64,000 nt of DNA. Source: Arenicellales bacterium. GTDB lineage: Bacteria; Pseudomonadota; Gammaproteobacteria; BMS3Bbin11. The stretch spans positions 3,238-67,237 of the forward strand of contig JARFQE010000096.1 of the NCBI GenBank assembly GCA_029287915.1, written 5' to 3'. A model generated the notes under the pieces. It was given only the letters and a program-made list of their open reading frames with translations. It searched no databases and was not told the DNA's origin. This document shows, piece by piece, positions 9,837 through 19,438 of this stretch (position 1 is the first letter of the stretch; each line of letters starts with the position of its first letter). Position numbers and translations under genes: made by a program.

Positions 9837-9950
9837 TATGCAATCATATTTATGGCATTATTTTTCTTCTAATTTTCGGGAAGTTATTTTAGTCGCTTAG
9901 ATGCTATTATTACACGCATTTATATACCCAGTGAATGACGCAGGATAAAT

Positions 9951-11150
9951 ATGATTATAGGAACCCCCCTTTCAGCCGGCGCAATAAGGGTAATGCTGCT
10001 GGGTAGTGGAGAATTAGGCAAGGAAGTAATTATTGCTCTACAGAGGCTGGGTGTGGAAGTGGTCGCAGTAGATCGCTATGCCAATGCACCGGGTCATCAG
10101 GTAGCGCATCGTGCCCATGTTATCGACATGGCCGATGCCAGTTCATTACGAGCACTGGTAGAAGAGGAAAAACCTCATTACATTATCCCGGAAATAGAGG
10201 CTATCGCCACTGATGAACTGGCTGCCATTGAAGCAGCAGGTCTTTGTACGGTGATTCCAACAGCGCGGGCAACACAGCTGACAATGAACCGTGAAGGAAT
10301 ACGCCGGCTGGCAGCAGAAGAACTTGGCCTTGCAACATCGAAATATGCTTTCGCTGAATCCAAACAGGAACTTACCGAAGCAATTGAAAAGTTCATCGGT
10401 TTTCCATGTATTGTTAAACCGGTAATGTCGTCTTCCGGCAAAGGGCAGTCACTGATCAATGGTCCACAGGATATTCAACAGGCCTGGAATTACGCCATCT
10501 CCGGTGGACGGGTTGATACCAGCCGGATAATAGTCGAAGAAAAAATTGAATTCGATTTCGAAATTACCTTACTGACAGTACGCGCTCTGAATCCCGCAGG
10601 TGAAACAGAAACAGTCTTCTGTGAACCTGTCGGACATATCCAGCGTCGTGGGGATTATGTAGAAAGCTGGCAGCCCCAGGCAATGAGTGAGGATGCACTT
10701 GCACGCGCTCAGGAGATGGCGCGGGCCGTTACTGATAACCTAGGCGGACGAGGTCTTTTTGGTGTTGAATTGTTTATTCGTGGTGATGAAGTATTTTTCA
10801 GCGAAGTCAGTCCGCGTCCTCACGATACTGGCATGGTGACCATGGCAAGCCAGATACAGAATGAATTTGAACTGCATGCTCGAGCAGTACTCGGACTGCC
10901 AGTTTCGACAGTGTTGCGGACGGCCGCAGCCAGCGCTGTGATCTATGGCGAGATGGAACAGCAGGGGATAGCCTTCGATGGTATCGAACGTGCCCTTGCG
11001 GTGCCGCAATCTGATCTTCGGATGTTCGGTAAACCGGAAGCGTTTAAACGTCGGCGTATGGGAGTGGCCTTAGCCTATGCAGAGAATGTGGAGACAGCAC
11101 GTGAAAATGCAAAGAAAGCGGCTGCCCTTGTCAGGCCGCTTAAGGTTTGA
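9951..11150 (+). CDS. purT: Formate-dependent phosphoribosylglycinamide formyltransferase
   Basis: [32 protein letters not shown] and RRMGVALA. Confidence 0.97.
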   Translation: MIIGTPLSAGAIRVMLLGSGELGKEVIIALQRLGVEVVAVDRYANAPGHQVAHRAHVIDMADASSLRALVEEEKPHYIIPEIEAIATDELAAIEAAGLCTVIPTARATQLTMNREGIRRLAAEELGLATSKYAFAESKQELTEAIEKFIGFPCIVKPVMSSSGKGQSLINGPQDIQQAWNYAISGGRVDTSRIIVEEKIEFDFEITLLTVRALNPAGETETVFCEPVGHIQRRGDYVESWQPQAMSEDALARAQEMARAVTDNLGGRGLFGVELFIRGDEVFFSEVSPRPHDTGMVTMASQIQNEFELHARAVLGLPVSTVLRTAAASAVIYGEMEQQGIAFDGIERALAVPQSDLRMFGKPEAFKRRRMGVALAYAENVETARENAKKAAALVRPLKV

Positions 11151-11233
11151 GGTTTGTCTTCATGATTTTGTATGCTGTAGTCATTTCGGCTTATAGTGAA
11201 GTCGTTAAAATAGGCAAGGTGGCAGAACGTGCA

Positions 11234-11289
11234 CTATAACAATTCAATCAGGCAGGACACTTCGTCGCCTCTTGACTCTGACGTCAGGT
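11234..11289 (+). mobile_element. attC-like integron recombination site 1 (degenerate)
   Basis: CTATAAC-AATTC-AATCAGGCAGGAC-ACTTC-GTCGCCTCTTGACT-CTGAC-GTCAGGT is 56 bp with an R''-spacer-L''-stem-L'-spacer-R' layout. Confidence 0.55.
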
Positions 11290-11307
11290 ATACAGGAAAA
11301 GGTCAAC

Positions 11308-11859
11308 ATGGCACAGCAATACCCTGAAATATCAGAAAAGTTGCAGCAGTTTATTAAAAATCAAAAGATCTTCTTTGTAGGTACTGCAGCTGTCGATGGG
11401 CGAGTAAATATCTCACCAAAAGGGATGGACTCCCTGCGAGTTTTGGATGGGAATCGCTTAGCCTGGCTAAACGTAACCGGAAGTGGAAATGAAACATCAG
11501 CGCATGTTCAGGAAAATCCTCGAATGACCTTGATGTTTTTGGCATTTGAGGGGAACCCTATGATTTTGCGTGTATACGGTAAAGCAAAGGTTATTCATAA
11601 AAATGACTGTCAATGGGAAGATCTGTATGCACTGTTCAGCCCAAATCCAGGTTCAAGACAGATATATGATCTGGCTGTTGACCTCGTTCAAACCTCGTGC
11701 GGAATGTCAGTGCCTTTTTTTGATTATGTTGGTGATCGTGAACAACTTAACGATTGGGCAGCAAAAAAGGGAGATTCAGGCATTCGGGATTACTGGAATG
11801 AAAAGAACCAGATAAGTATAGATGGAAAGCCAACTAACATTATGGAAAAAAATACCTGA
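11308..11859 (+). CDS. Pyridoxamine 5'-phosphate oxidase-like FMN-binding protein (probable gene cassette)
   Basis: FFVGTA, NISPKG, TGSGNETSAH, ILRVYG and QTSCG. AT-richer than purT. The stop codon lies inside the downstream attC-like core. Confidence 0.88.
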   Translation: MAQQYPEISEKLQQFIKNQKIFFVGTAAVDGRVNISPKGMDSLRVLDGNRLAWLNVTGSGNETSAHVQENPRMTLMFLAFEGNPMILRVYGKAKVIHKNDCQWEDLYALFSPNPGSRQIYDLAVDLVQTSCGMSVPFFDYVGDREQLNDWAAKKGDSGIRDYWNEKNQISIDGKPTNIMEKNT

Positions 11860-11897
11860 CTAATCGTTCAGGCTACAACTTAAACTAAATGTTATGT
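11854..11897 (+). mobile_element. attC-like site 2 (short, centrally deleted)
   Basis: ACCTGAC-TAATC-GTTCAGG-CTACAA-CTTAAAC-TAAAT-GTTATGT has two 5-nt spacers, 5/7 L''/L' complementarity and a GTTRTGT right end. Confidence 0.5.
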
Positions 11898-11929
11898 TTA
11901 CTAAACAAAATTGATGCCTTAGAAATCGG

Positions 11930-11966
11930 CGGTCAGAAGTCCGCGATCTGACCGGGTTTTCATTTT
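11930..11966 (+). terminator. Putative intrinsic terminator
   Basis: CGGTCAGA-N9-TCTGACCG followed by GGTTTTCATTTT. Confidence 0.5.
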
Positions 11967-11999
11967 ATGGACTGTGCATGTGTTGTGCAGGAGGTAAAC

Positions 12000-13106
12000 A
12001 TGAGTAACAAAGTAACACGCTATCGGGAAAAGCGTTTATCGGCTTGGTTGAAATCAATGCTGATTATTCCATATTTAATATTTTTCGTTTCTGACTGCGC
12101 CATTGCTCAGGCAGATAGTGAAACTCAGGGCGATAGATTTGAATTCGCGCTGATTGGCGACATGCCGTATGACGGAAAACAGAGAAAAGAATTTGGCCGG
12201 GTAATGAAGGAGATAAACCTTGCTGATCTGGCCTTTGTTGTTCATGACGGCGATTTCTGGTATGACGGAATAGCCTGGAAGGATTCTATCGAAGGTTTTC
12301 CACCATGCAGCGACGAGGCCTTTCAGGACCGTTTCAATCTGGCCGAGGATTCTAGCCACCCTTTTGTTCTGGTGCCTGGTGATAACGACTGGACTGATTG
12401 TCACCGCGCAAAACCGCATGCCTTTGAGCCGCTTGAAAGGCTGGACAAACTCCGCAAGATTTTCTTCCAGGGTAATAGGAGTCTTGGTAAGCGAACCATG
12501 CGCCTGGTTCGGCAAAGTAAAGATGTTCGTTATGCCAAGTTTCGCGAGAACGTTCGCTGGACCTATGGTGATGTTCTATTTGTTACGCTACACATGGTAG
12601 GTAGCAACAATAATTTAGGACGTACTGCAGAAATGGATGCGGAATACACTGAGCGGAACGCCGCCAACCTCGTATGGATGCAAGAAGCCTTTGCACAGGC
12701 CAATGATAACGGCAATAAAGCCATCGTCATCATTGCCCATGCAAACCCGCAGTTTGAAAATACCTGGCCTGCTAAACTGCAGAAGAGATACATGCTACAG
12801 GGTGTGGGATTTACACCACCCGAAACGAGAAGAGAAACTGGCTTTGATGATTTTCTTGCGGCACTCGAGGAAGAGACGCTGACATTTGGCAAGCCCGTGG
12901 TGTATGTGCATGGCGACACCCACACATTTCGCGTAGACAAGCCTCTCGTTGGATCTTTCAGTCAACGGATGATTGAGAATTTTACCCGCGTAGAAACTAT
13001 TGGTTACAAAGATACGCATTGGATTCGAGCAATCGTCGATGCCGAAGATCCAAATGTATTCAGCTTCAGACTGGAAATCGTAAAGGAAAATCGAGCCGAG
13101 CACTGA
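12000..13106 (+). CDS. Exported calcineurin-like metallophosphoesterase
   Basis: GGAGGT RBS, N-terminal hydrophobic signal, and metal motifs GDMPY, HDGD, PGDNDW and HGDTH. Confidence 0.75.
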   Translation: MSNKVTRYREKRLSAWLKSMLIIPYLIFFVSDCAIAQADSETQGDRFEFALIGDMPYDGKQRKEFGRVMKEINLADLAFVVHDGDFWYDGIAWKDSIEGFPPCSDEAFQDRFNLAEDSSHPFVLVPGDNDWTDCHRAKPHAFEPLERLDKLRKIFFQGNRSLGKRTMRLVRQSKDVRYAKFRENVRWTYGDVLFVTLHMVGSNNNLGRTAEMDAEYTERNAANLVWMQEAFAQANDNGNKAIVIIAHANPQFENTWPAKLQKRYMLQGVGFTPPETRRETGFDDFLAALEEETLTFGKPVVYVHGDTHTFRVDKPLVGSFSQRMIENFTRVETIGYKDTHWIRAIVDAEDPNVFSFRLEIVKENRAEH

Positions 13107-13170
13107 GTAAAAAGGATGAGAGTCATTACAGAGTATTAAAACCGGGGTCACAAAAGGGTCTATATCAGCC

Positions 13171-15036
13171 ATGGGACCAGCAAACACAAAAAGGAGATTA
13201 ACCGCGATCCTGGCGGCAGATGTTGTCGGTTATAGCCGCCTCATGAGCGAGCATGAGGAACGTACGCTACGTGTCCTAAATCAGTGTCTGCTCATTTTTA
13301 GAAAGCTCATCCCTCAACATCATGGTCGTATCTTTGGCGGGGCAGGTGACAGCATTATTGCGGAGTTCCCTAGCTCGGTGGAAGCCGTACGCTGTGCAGT
13401 AGAGATCCAGAAGGCTTTGGCTGTTCGCAATACCGAGGCACGCAATGATGAATGTATGAAATTCCGTATAGGCATCAGCATCGGCGATGTCATTGTCGAG
13501 GGCGATAATCTCATGGGTGAAAGCGTAAATATTGCCTCGCGCCTTGAAGGAATCGCGGAACCGGGTTGTATTGTCATTTCCGCTGATGTCTACAATCAAA
13601 TACGCAACAAAGTGCAGGCTGAATTTCAGGATCTAGGCCTACAGGTGCTGAAGAATATTCCAGAGCCCATCGGTACCTATCAGTTGTTTACAGAACGGTC
13701 TTCAGGTGCCGTCGCCAAACGGACAAGGCAGATATCAGTTGCCACTCGGTCCCGTCGCCGATTCACAGTTTCGGCCACTATTGCGGCTTTGGCTTTCATC
13801 CTGGTAGTCTGGTTCGCCTCCCAGCATTATTTACCGGCGCCAGACACCGAAAATCCATCTATCGCAGTACTGCCGTTCACCAACATGAGTGGGGACCCTG
13901 AACAGGAGTACTTTGTTGATGGGATTACCGAAGACATCATCACTGATTTTTCTCGCCTGTCGAATCTGACCGTCATCGCATGGAACACATCAGCTAGTTT
14001 CAAGGGAGATGCTGTCCAGCCACAGCAAGTCGGCAAAGAACTAGGGGTGGCATATGTGCTGGATGGAAGTGTACGTAAGTCCGGTAACCGCCTCCGCATC
14101 ACTGCCCAACTTCTTGACGCTGAAAACGGTAATCATATCTGGGCGGAACGTTACGACCGTAAGCTCACTGAAGTTTTTGAACTTCAGGATGAAGTTACCA
14201 AGAAGATAGTGAACGCATTGGCCATCAGGCTAACGGCAGCTGAAAAAGAAAAACTGGGTCAAACGAGCACAAACAATATCGCGGCCTATGATGCCTTTCT
14301 ACGCGGACAGCAATATTCGTTGCAACGTACTAAAGAAGGTAACGAGTCGGCGCGCGATGCCTATCGACATGCCATCGAGTTAGATCCTACTTACGCACGT
14401 GCCTATGGCGCACTTGCAGTGTCACTAACAAGAGGCTTTCGCAACGCCTGGATCGATCTGACCCTGGAAGAAGCTCGGGCCCGAGCACTGGAACTGGTAC
14501 AAAAGGCAGTTGCGCTTGATCGATCATCACCACAAGTCTACTGGGCTTTGGGCTATGTGTACCTTAACAGCGAACAGTATGATGATGCCTCTAGTGCTGC
14601 AAAGCAGGCCGTCGAGCTGGCGCCAAACTATGCTGATGGTTTTGGTTTGCTTGCATTCGTCAACTATGTTCAGGGCAACATGGAGGAAGCTATTCGTTAC
14701 ACCCAGAAAGCAATGGCCCTGAATCCTTATTACACTTACGAATATCCTTTGAATCTAGGCCGGTCTTACTACACGCTGGGCCGCTATGCTGAGGCTATTG
14801 AGGCTCTGCAAGAAGCGCTCGAACACAACCAGAACGCCCAGGCTCCACGTCTATTTCTCGCCGCAAGTTATGTCAGGCTCGGAAGGCAGGATGATGCGGA
14901 GTGGGAAATTGAACAAATTGAGATACTCAATCCCGGCACAACACTCAAACACCTTGCCAGTGCGTATCCTATTAAAGACCGACAGCAGATGAATGCTTTT
15001 CTTGAGGACCTGCGCAAAGCCGGACTACCGGAATGA
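13171..15036 (+). CDS. Class III nucleotide cyclase - TM - TolB-like - TPR protein
   Basis: AADVVGYSRLM, AGDS, FRIGISIGDV and VNIASRLE, then one TM, PSIAVLPFTNMSGDPEQEYF and TPR repeats. Confidence 0.9.
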   Translation: MGPANTKRRLTAILAADVVGYSRLMSEHEERTLRVLNQCLLIFRKLIPQHHGRIFGGAGDSIIAEFPSSVEAVRCAVEIQKALAVRNTEARNDECMKFRIGISIGDVIVEGDNLMGESVNIASRLEGIAEPGCIVISADVYNQIRNKVQAEFQDLGLQVLKNIPEPIGTYQLFTERSSGAVAKRTRQISVATRSRRRFTVSATIAALAFILVVWFASQHYLPAPDTENPSIAVLPFTNMSGDPEQEYFVDGITEDIITDFSRLSNLTVIAWNTSASFKGDAVQPQQVGKELGVAYVLDGSVRKSGNRLRITAQLLDAENGNHIWAERYDRKLTEVFELQDEVTKKIVNALAIRLTAAEKEKLGQTSTNNIAAYDAFLRGQQYSLQRTKEGNESARDAYRHAIELDPTYARAYGALAVSLTRGFRNAWIDLTLEEARARALELVQKAVALDRSSPQVYWALGYVYLNSEQYDDASSAAKQAVELAPNYADGFGLLAFVNYVQGNMEEAIRYTQKAMALNPYYTYEYPLNLGRSYYTLGRYAEAIEALQEALEHNQNAQAPRLFLAASYVRLGRQDDAEWEIEQIEILNPGTTLKHLASAYPIKDRQQMNAFLEDLRKAGLPE

Positions 15037-15150
15037 CCAACATTGGTCCAACAGAGACTATTTTCTTCGATTTGAAAATGTCGACCATTGAGAATTCTGA
15101 GCTATCTAACGATTTTTATTGGGTGTCAACTAACTCAGTACAGCAGGCAA

Positions 15151-17046
15151 TCAAGTATCGCAAATAGGCTGGTTCACCAAATAACTATATGATTGCAAAC
15201 TTGCCTTCAATTCTTGCAGCAGTTCATCGCGTTCAGCTTCTGGCAGTTCGCATGCCAGTGCTTTATCAATAATACGTTGCCGAATCAGTTCAGGGTCGTA
15301 CTCAACCCTGGACAGCAACTGGCTAACATTTTCACCGCAAAAGATGTTCTCAAGCTCTATCCTTCCTTCCGGGTCATGGACAATATTGACGGTTGCCGTA
15401 TCACCAAACAGGTTATGAATATCACCCAGCGTTTCCTGGTACGCACCGACCAGAAAGAATCCGAGCAAGTATTTTTCACCATTGGAGATGTCATGCAGTG
15501 GCAGGGTATTCGTAATACTATCCCGCTCAACATAGAGATCAATTCTGCCATCGGAGTCACAGGTCAGGTCATGCAGTATCGCTCGTTGTTGCGGTTCTTC
15601 ATCGAGGCGCTGTAAAGGCACTATAGGAAATACCTGATCGATTGCCCAGACATCAGGTATGGACTGGAAAATAGAGAAATTACAGAATACTTTGTCAGCA
15701 ATTATTTCATTGAGTTCATGCAGGATAGGCTGTAGTGAATGGTTTGCCGGGTCAATGGTGGCATGGAGACGATGGCATATCGCATAATACAGCCGTTCAG
15801 CTTTTGCCCGTTCATCAAGCGCTATTAATCCCTGGTTAAAGCGTAGCTGGATTTCCTGCATGTTATAGATGGCATCATGGAAAACTTCACGTAGTGCGCC
15901 ACCCTGATCCATTATTTTTAGCTGATTTCGCAGGTCAAGCAGAAAATCGGACTCGTTGGCATCAGCTGGGGGAACGCCAAATTCGTGTTTTTCAACTTCT
16001 GTCACATCGGTGATCAGTACCGCATGATGGGCGGCGAGTGCTCGGCCGGACTCACTGAAGATATCAGGCATCTGAAGATTGTTCTGCTGACATACGCTGG
16101 CAAAGGCCTGAACAACCTTATTGGCATACTCCTCGGGCCTGTAATTAACCGAACAGTTGCTGCGCGTCCGTGTCCCTTCATAATCTATACCCAGTCCTCC
16201 TCCAACATCAACGACTTTTATACGGGCGCCCATCTTGTTGAGCTGCAGCAGAAATTGTGCAGCTTCCCCCAGTCCGTTTTGAATATCACGTATATTAGAT
16301 ATCTGCGAGCCCAGATGTACGTGTAGAAGCTCCAGGCAGTCGAGCATACCGGTCTCTCGTAATTGCTTGATTGCAGTAATGACCTGTGATGATGTCAGTC
16401 CAAATTTAGATCGTTCGCCACCTGAGTTTTGCCAGTTGCCACTCGCTATTGATGCTAGCTTGAGACGAATACCGATCAGTGGTTTTATGCTGCTGTGCTG
16501 AGACTCTCTGAGTATCAGCTGTAGTTCAGATAGTTTCTCAATGACAAGGTAAACCTGCATTCCCATGCGCCGACCAGCCAGGGCAAGTCGAATATACTCC
16601 CTGTCTTTGTAACCGTTGCAGACAATGGTGCCATTAGTGGCTGACAGGGCAAGTACTGTCAGTAGCTCCGGCTTGCTGCCCGCTTCAAGTCCAAGTCGAC
16701 TTCCTTCTGTCTTCAGCATTTCTTCAACCACGTTTCGGTTCTGATTGACCTTGATCGGATAGATCGGGCTGTAGCGAGCAGAAAGCGCTGACTTTTCCAG
16801 CGCTTTGTCGAAAGCCTTGCAAAGATCGCTAATGCGTTTATGCAGGATGTAAGGAATGCGTACCAGCAACGGTAGTGACAGACCGTTTCGCTGTGCGATT
16901 TGGGCCACATCATAAAGATCAATCAGTGGAATACCATCACTACTGTCAACGATAAGATGACCACTGGCGGAGATATCAAAGTAGCCTTCTCCCCAGCCAG
17001 CTATGTTATAGGTTTGCAGTGATTTTTCTGTGCTCCAGTCTGACAT
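15151..17046 (-). CDS. speA: Biosynthetic arginine decarboxylase
   Basis: YPIKVNQ (PLP Lys), GLEAGSKPEL, SKFGL, HLGSQI and TCDSDG. Confidence 0.96.
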   Translation of the reverse strand: MSDWSTEKSLQTYNIAGWGEGYFDISASGHLIVDSSDGIPLIDLYDVAQIAQRNGLSLPLLVRIPYILHKRISDLCKAFDKALEKSALSARYSPIYPIKVNQNRNVVEEMLKTEGSRLGLEAGSKPELLTVLALSATNGTIVCNGYKDREYIRLALAGRRMGMQVYLVIEKLSELQLILRESQHSSIKPLIGIRLKLASIASGNWQNSGGERSKFGLTSSQVITAIKQLRETGMLDCLELLHVHLGSQISNIRDIQNGLGEAAQFLLQLNKMGARIKVVDVGGGLGIDYEGTRTRSNCSVNYRPEEYANKVVQAFASVCQQNNLQMPDIFSESGRALAAHHAVLITDVTEVEKHEFGVPPADANESDFLLDLRNQLKIMDQGGALREVFHDAIYNMQEIQLRFNQGLIALDERAKAERLYYAICHRLHATIDPANHSLQPILHELNEIIADKVFCNFSIFQSIPDVWAIDQVFPIVPLQRLDEEPQQRAILHDLTCDSDGRIDLYVERDSITNTLPLHDISNGEKYLLGFFLVGAYQETLGDIHNLFGDTATVNIVHDPEGRIELENIFCGENVSQLLSRVEYDPELIRQRIIDKALACELPEAERDELLQELKASLQSYSYLVNQPICDT

Positions 17047-17162
17047 ACATTTACCACTCAGAGACATTCGAGGTATGCTTAATAAGGATTCGGTAATATT
17101 ATCACGGAATAACAGCTATAATTGGCGTAAGTTTTTTGATGTTGAACAGTGATCGAAACAGG

Positions 17163-17990
17163 ATGAAGTTGAATAGCGATAAATGGTTTAGCGAAGTCTA
17201 CCCCGACGATGGCTGCGCCCTGTCACTTGAGTTGTCTGAGAAGCTGTATGAAGAGCAGACACCTTGGCAGAAACTGGAGGTCTACCAAACGACAAAGTTC
17301 GGTAATCTCATGTTACTGGATGGCTGTGTAATGTTAACAGGAAGGGACAATTTCATTTATCATGAAATGATGACCCACCCGGCACTCTGTATGCATTCGG
17401 CGCCAAAGAAAGTTCTTATCATCGGCGGTGGTGATTGTGGGTGTTTGCGTGAAGTCCTCAAGCATCCGATAGTCAAAAATGTGCATCAGGTCGACCTTGA
17501 TGAGCGAGTAACATGGGCATCAGAAAAATATTTCCCGGAGTTGTGTGAGTCGAATAATGATCCACGTGCTATTTTAAGTTTCACTGATGGAGTTGTCTTT
17601 ATTGAGCAGGCGGCAGGTAATAGCTACGATGTAATCATAGTGGACTCGGTTGATCCGGTCGGTCAGGCCGCTCGGCTTTACAGCGAGGAATTCTATCGAG
17701 CCTGTTATTCCAGCCTGTCAGAGAATGGTATTCTGGTAGCGCAAAGTGAGTCGCCATTATTTCATCGGGATCTGATCAAGAGTATGCAGACCAGAATGGC
17801 CGATGCTGGGTTTAATGATGTAACGACGCTGTTCTTTCCTCAATGTACCTATCCATCAGGCTGGTGGAGTGCAAGCATGGCTTTCAAGGGCAGCAAGCCG
17901 TTGAATTACAGGACGGTCGACTTTAACACCGAATATTATAATAATGATATTCACCTGGCGGCCCAGGCTGTACCACAATTTTTGCGGTAA
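17163..17990 (+). CDS. speE: Polyamine aminopropyltransferase (spermidine synthase)
   Basis: YHEMMTHP, LIIGGGDCG, DVIIVDSVDP and YPSGWW. Confidence 0.93.
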   Translation: MKLNSDKWFSEVYPDDGCALSLELSEKLYEEQTPWQKLEVYQTTKFGNLMLLDGCVMLTGRDNFIYHEMMTHPALCMHSAPKKVLIIGGGDCGCLREVLKHPIVKNVHQVDLDERVTWASEKYFPELCESNNDPRAILSFTDGVVFIEQAAGNSYDVIIVDSVDPVGQAARLYSEEFYRACYSSLSENGILVAQSESPLFHRDLIKSMQTRMADAGFNDVTTLFFPQCTYPSGWWSASMAFKGSKPLNYRTVDFNTEYYNNDIHLAAQAVPQFLR

Positions 17991-18006
17991 GCATTAGTAA
18001 AATAGT

Positions 18007-18981
18007 ATGAAAAGAACCTCTGTTGCACTGATTCTGATATTTTGCCTGTCGGGAACACCCGTGCCTGCAAAGGCGAATAACGGAATGACTGATATGATGA
18101 GAATCATGATGGATATGTTCCTGTGGATGATGGGCGGTGGTTCTGGTGGCCTGAACTCATATCGTAATCCATATAACCTGGGAGGCATAGGTAACCCATT
18201 GCTGACAGGTACCATGCTGGGAAATCCACTTTTGGGTAGCGCGTCAGGATGGGGTGCTGGCTTGCCTTATAACTCTCTGGGCATGTACTCATCACCCGCT
18301 TATTCAGGTTTTTCACCCTATGGCGGTTCTTATGCAAATCCTTACACTAACCTCTATGGTATTCCATACAGTTCGCCGTACAGCTCGGGCTTCTACGGCA
18401 ATCAACCTTACAGCAGTCAGGGTTACTACAACCCATACTACCCAAATTATTACAATACGAGGCCACCTTATGGGAGCCCATATCGGACTGGCCCGTACTG
18501 GCGGCCCGGCGAATACAGCAGGTATGGAACTCGTGCCCCGTCATCCGGGAATAAAGCGCCTGTTGTTATTCAACCAATTATAGTCAGTCCGGAACAGCAG
18601 CAGGCTACAGATCAGCAACAACAGGGTGAATCTAAACCGAAAATATCAGTAGAAGTTTTACCACCAGTAACTTCACCGATGGCAGTGGAACCTGTCGCTC
18701 CAGATTATTCTTATAATGGCCGGGTCTGGGATTATGACAACCCACTTTATGGGCATTGGCAAGGCATTAATGGAGAATATCTGGAATTTGGAAACGACAG
18801 GTTCCGTCTGCGTTCAATTGATGATGAACTGCAAGGAACTTACGAGGTAAAAAATAGCATTATCAAGGCAGTCATTGCAGACAGGGCAGAGCCGGTCTAC
18901 ATGCAGTATCGTCTGGCCGATGGATATTTGATGTTCCGCTCTGAAGATGGACAGGCAATGTTGTTCCGCCGCCTGCCTTAG
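18007..18981 (+). CDS. Exported Tyr/Gly/Pro/Ser-rich low-complexity protein with C-terminal beta domain
   Basis: Signal peptide, Met-rich helix, repeated PY/GY/NPY units and a compact C-terminus (LYGHWQG...). Confidence 0.7.
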   Translation: MKRTSVALILIFCLSGTPVPAKANNGMTDMMRIMMDMFLWMMGGGSGGLNSYRNPYNLGGIGNPLLTGTMLGNPLLGSASGWGAGLPYNSLGMYSSPAYSGFSPYGGSYANPYTNLYGIPYSSPYSSGFYGNQPYSSQGYYNPYYPNYYNTRPPYGSPYRTGPYWRPGEYSRYGTRAPSSGNKAPVVIQPIIVSPEQQQATDQQQQGESKPKISVEVLPPVTSPMAVEPVAPDYSYNGRVWDYDNPLYGHWQGINGEYLEFGNDRFRLRSIDDELQGTYEVKNSIIKAVIADRAEPVYMQYRLADGYLMFRSEDGQAMLFRRLP

Positions 18982-18983
18982 TA

Positions 18984-19367
18984 TCAATCGGAAGCCTGGT
19001 GATTGCTGAGGTCGACCTCAAACATTTCTCTGTTGTACCCATGAATCGAGTCATGTGCACGGATTGTAACAGCGCTGACATCCTGAGGAATACGGACGCC
19101 TGATAGGCTGCGGGTGAAGGGCTGTTCATTGACATGTGGATGTGCCAGGACCCGTTTGCCAAGCACGTCACCAGCAGGTGTCAGCACTTCCCAGCCATCG
19201 GCATAGTGGTCCCAGCCTGTGTCATCATGTTCGATCGTTACATCGAATCGATAACTGCCCTGGTTATTTGTTACTTTGACGTCAATAATATTAGCCTGAC
19301 CGGCGAAGGCAGGGCTGCATAGCAAAAGTATAAGAGGAATATAAAAGATGGCTTTTGGTGTTTTCAT
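18984..19367 (-). CDS. Conserved secreted hypothetical protein with His/Asp motifs
   Basis: Signal peptide and HDDTGWDHYADGW...LAHPHVNEQPFTRS...HDSIHG. Confidence 0.75.
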   Translation of the reverse strand: MKTPKAIFYIPLILLLCSPAFAGQANIIDVKVTNNQGSYRFDVTIEHDDTGWDHYADGWEVLTPAGDVLGKRVLAHPHVNEQPFTRSLSGVRIPQDVSAVTIRAHDSIHGYNREMFEVDLSNHQASD

Positions 19368-19438
19368 ATTAAGAGACCTTTAAAGACCGTATCAGTTTCA
19401 GGTTGCGGGTTGCAAATTTCAGGTCTTAGCAGCGCGGA

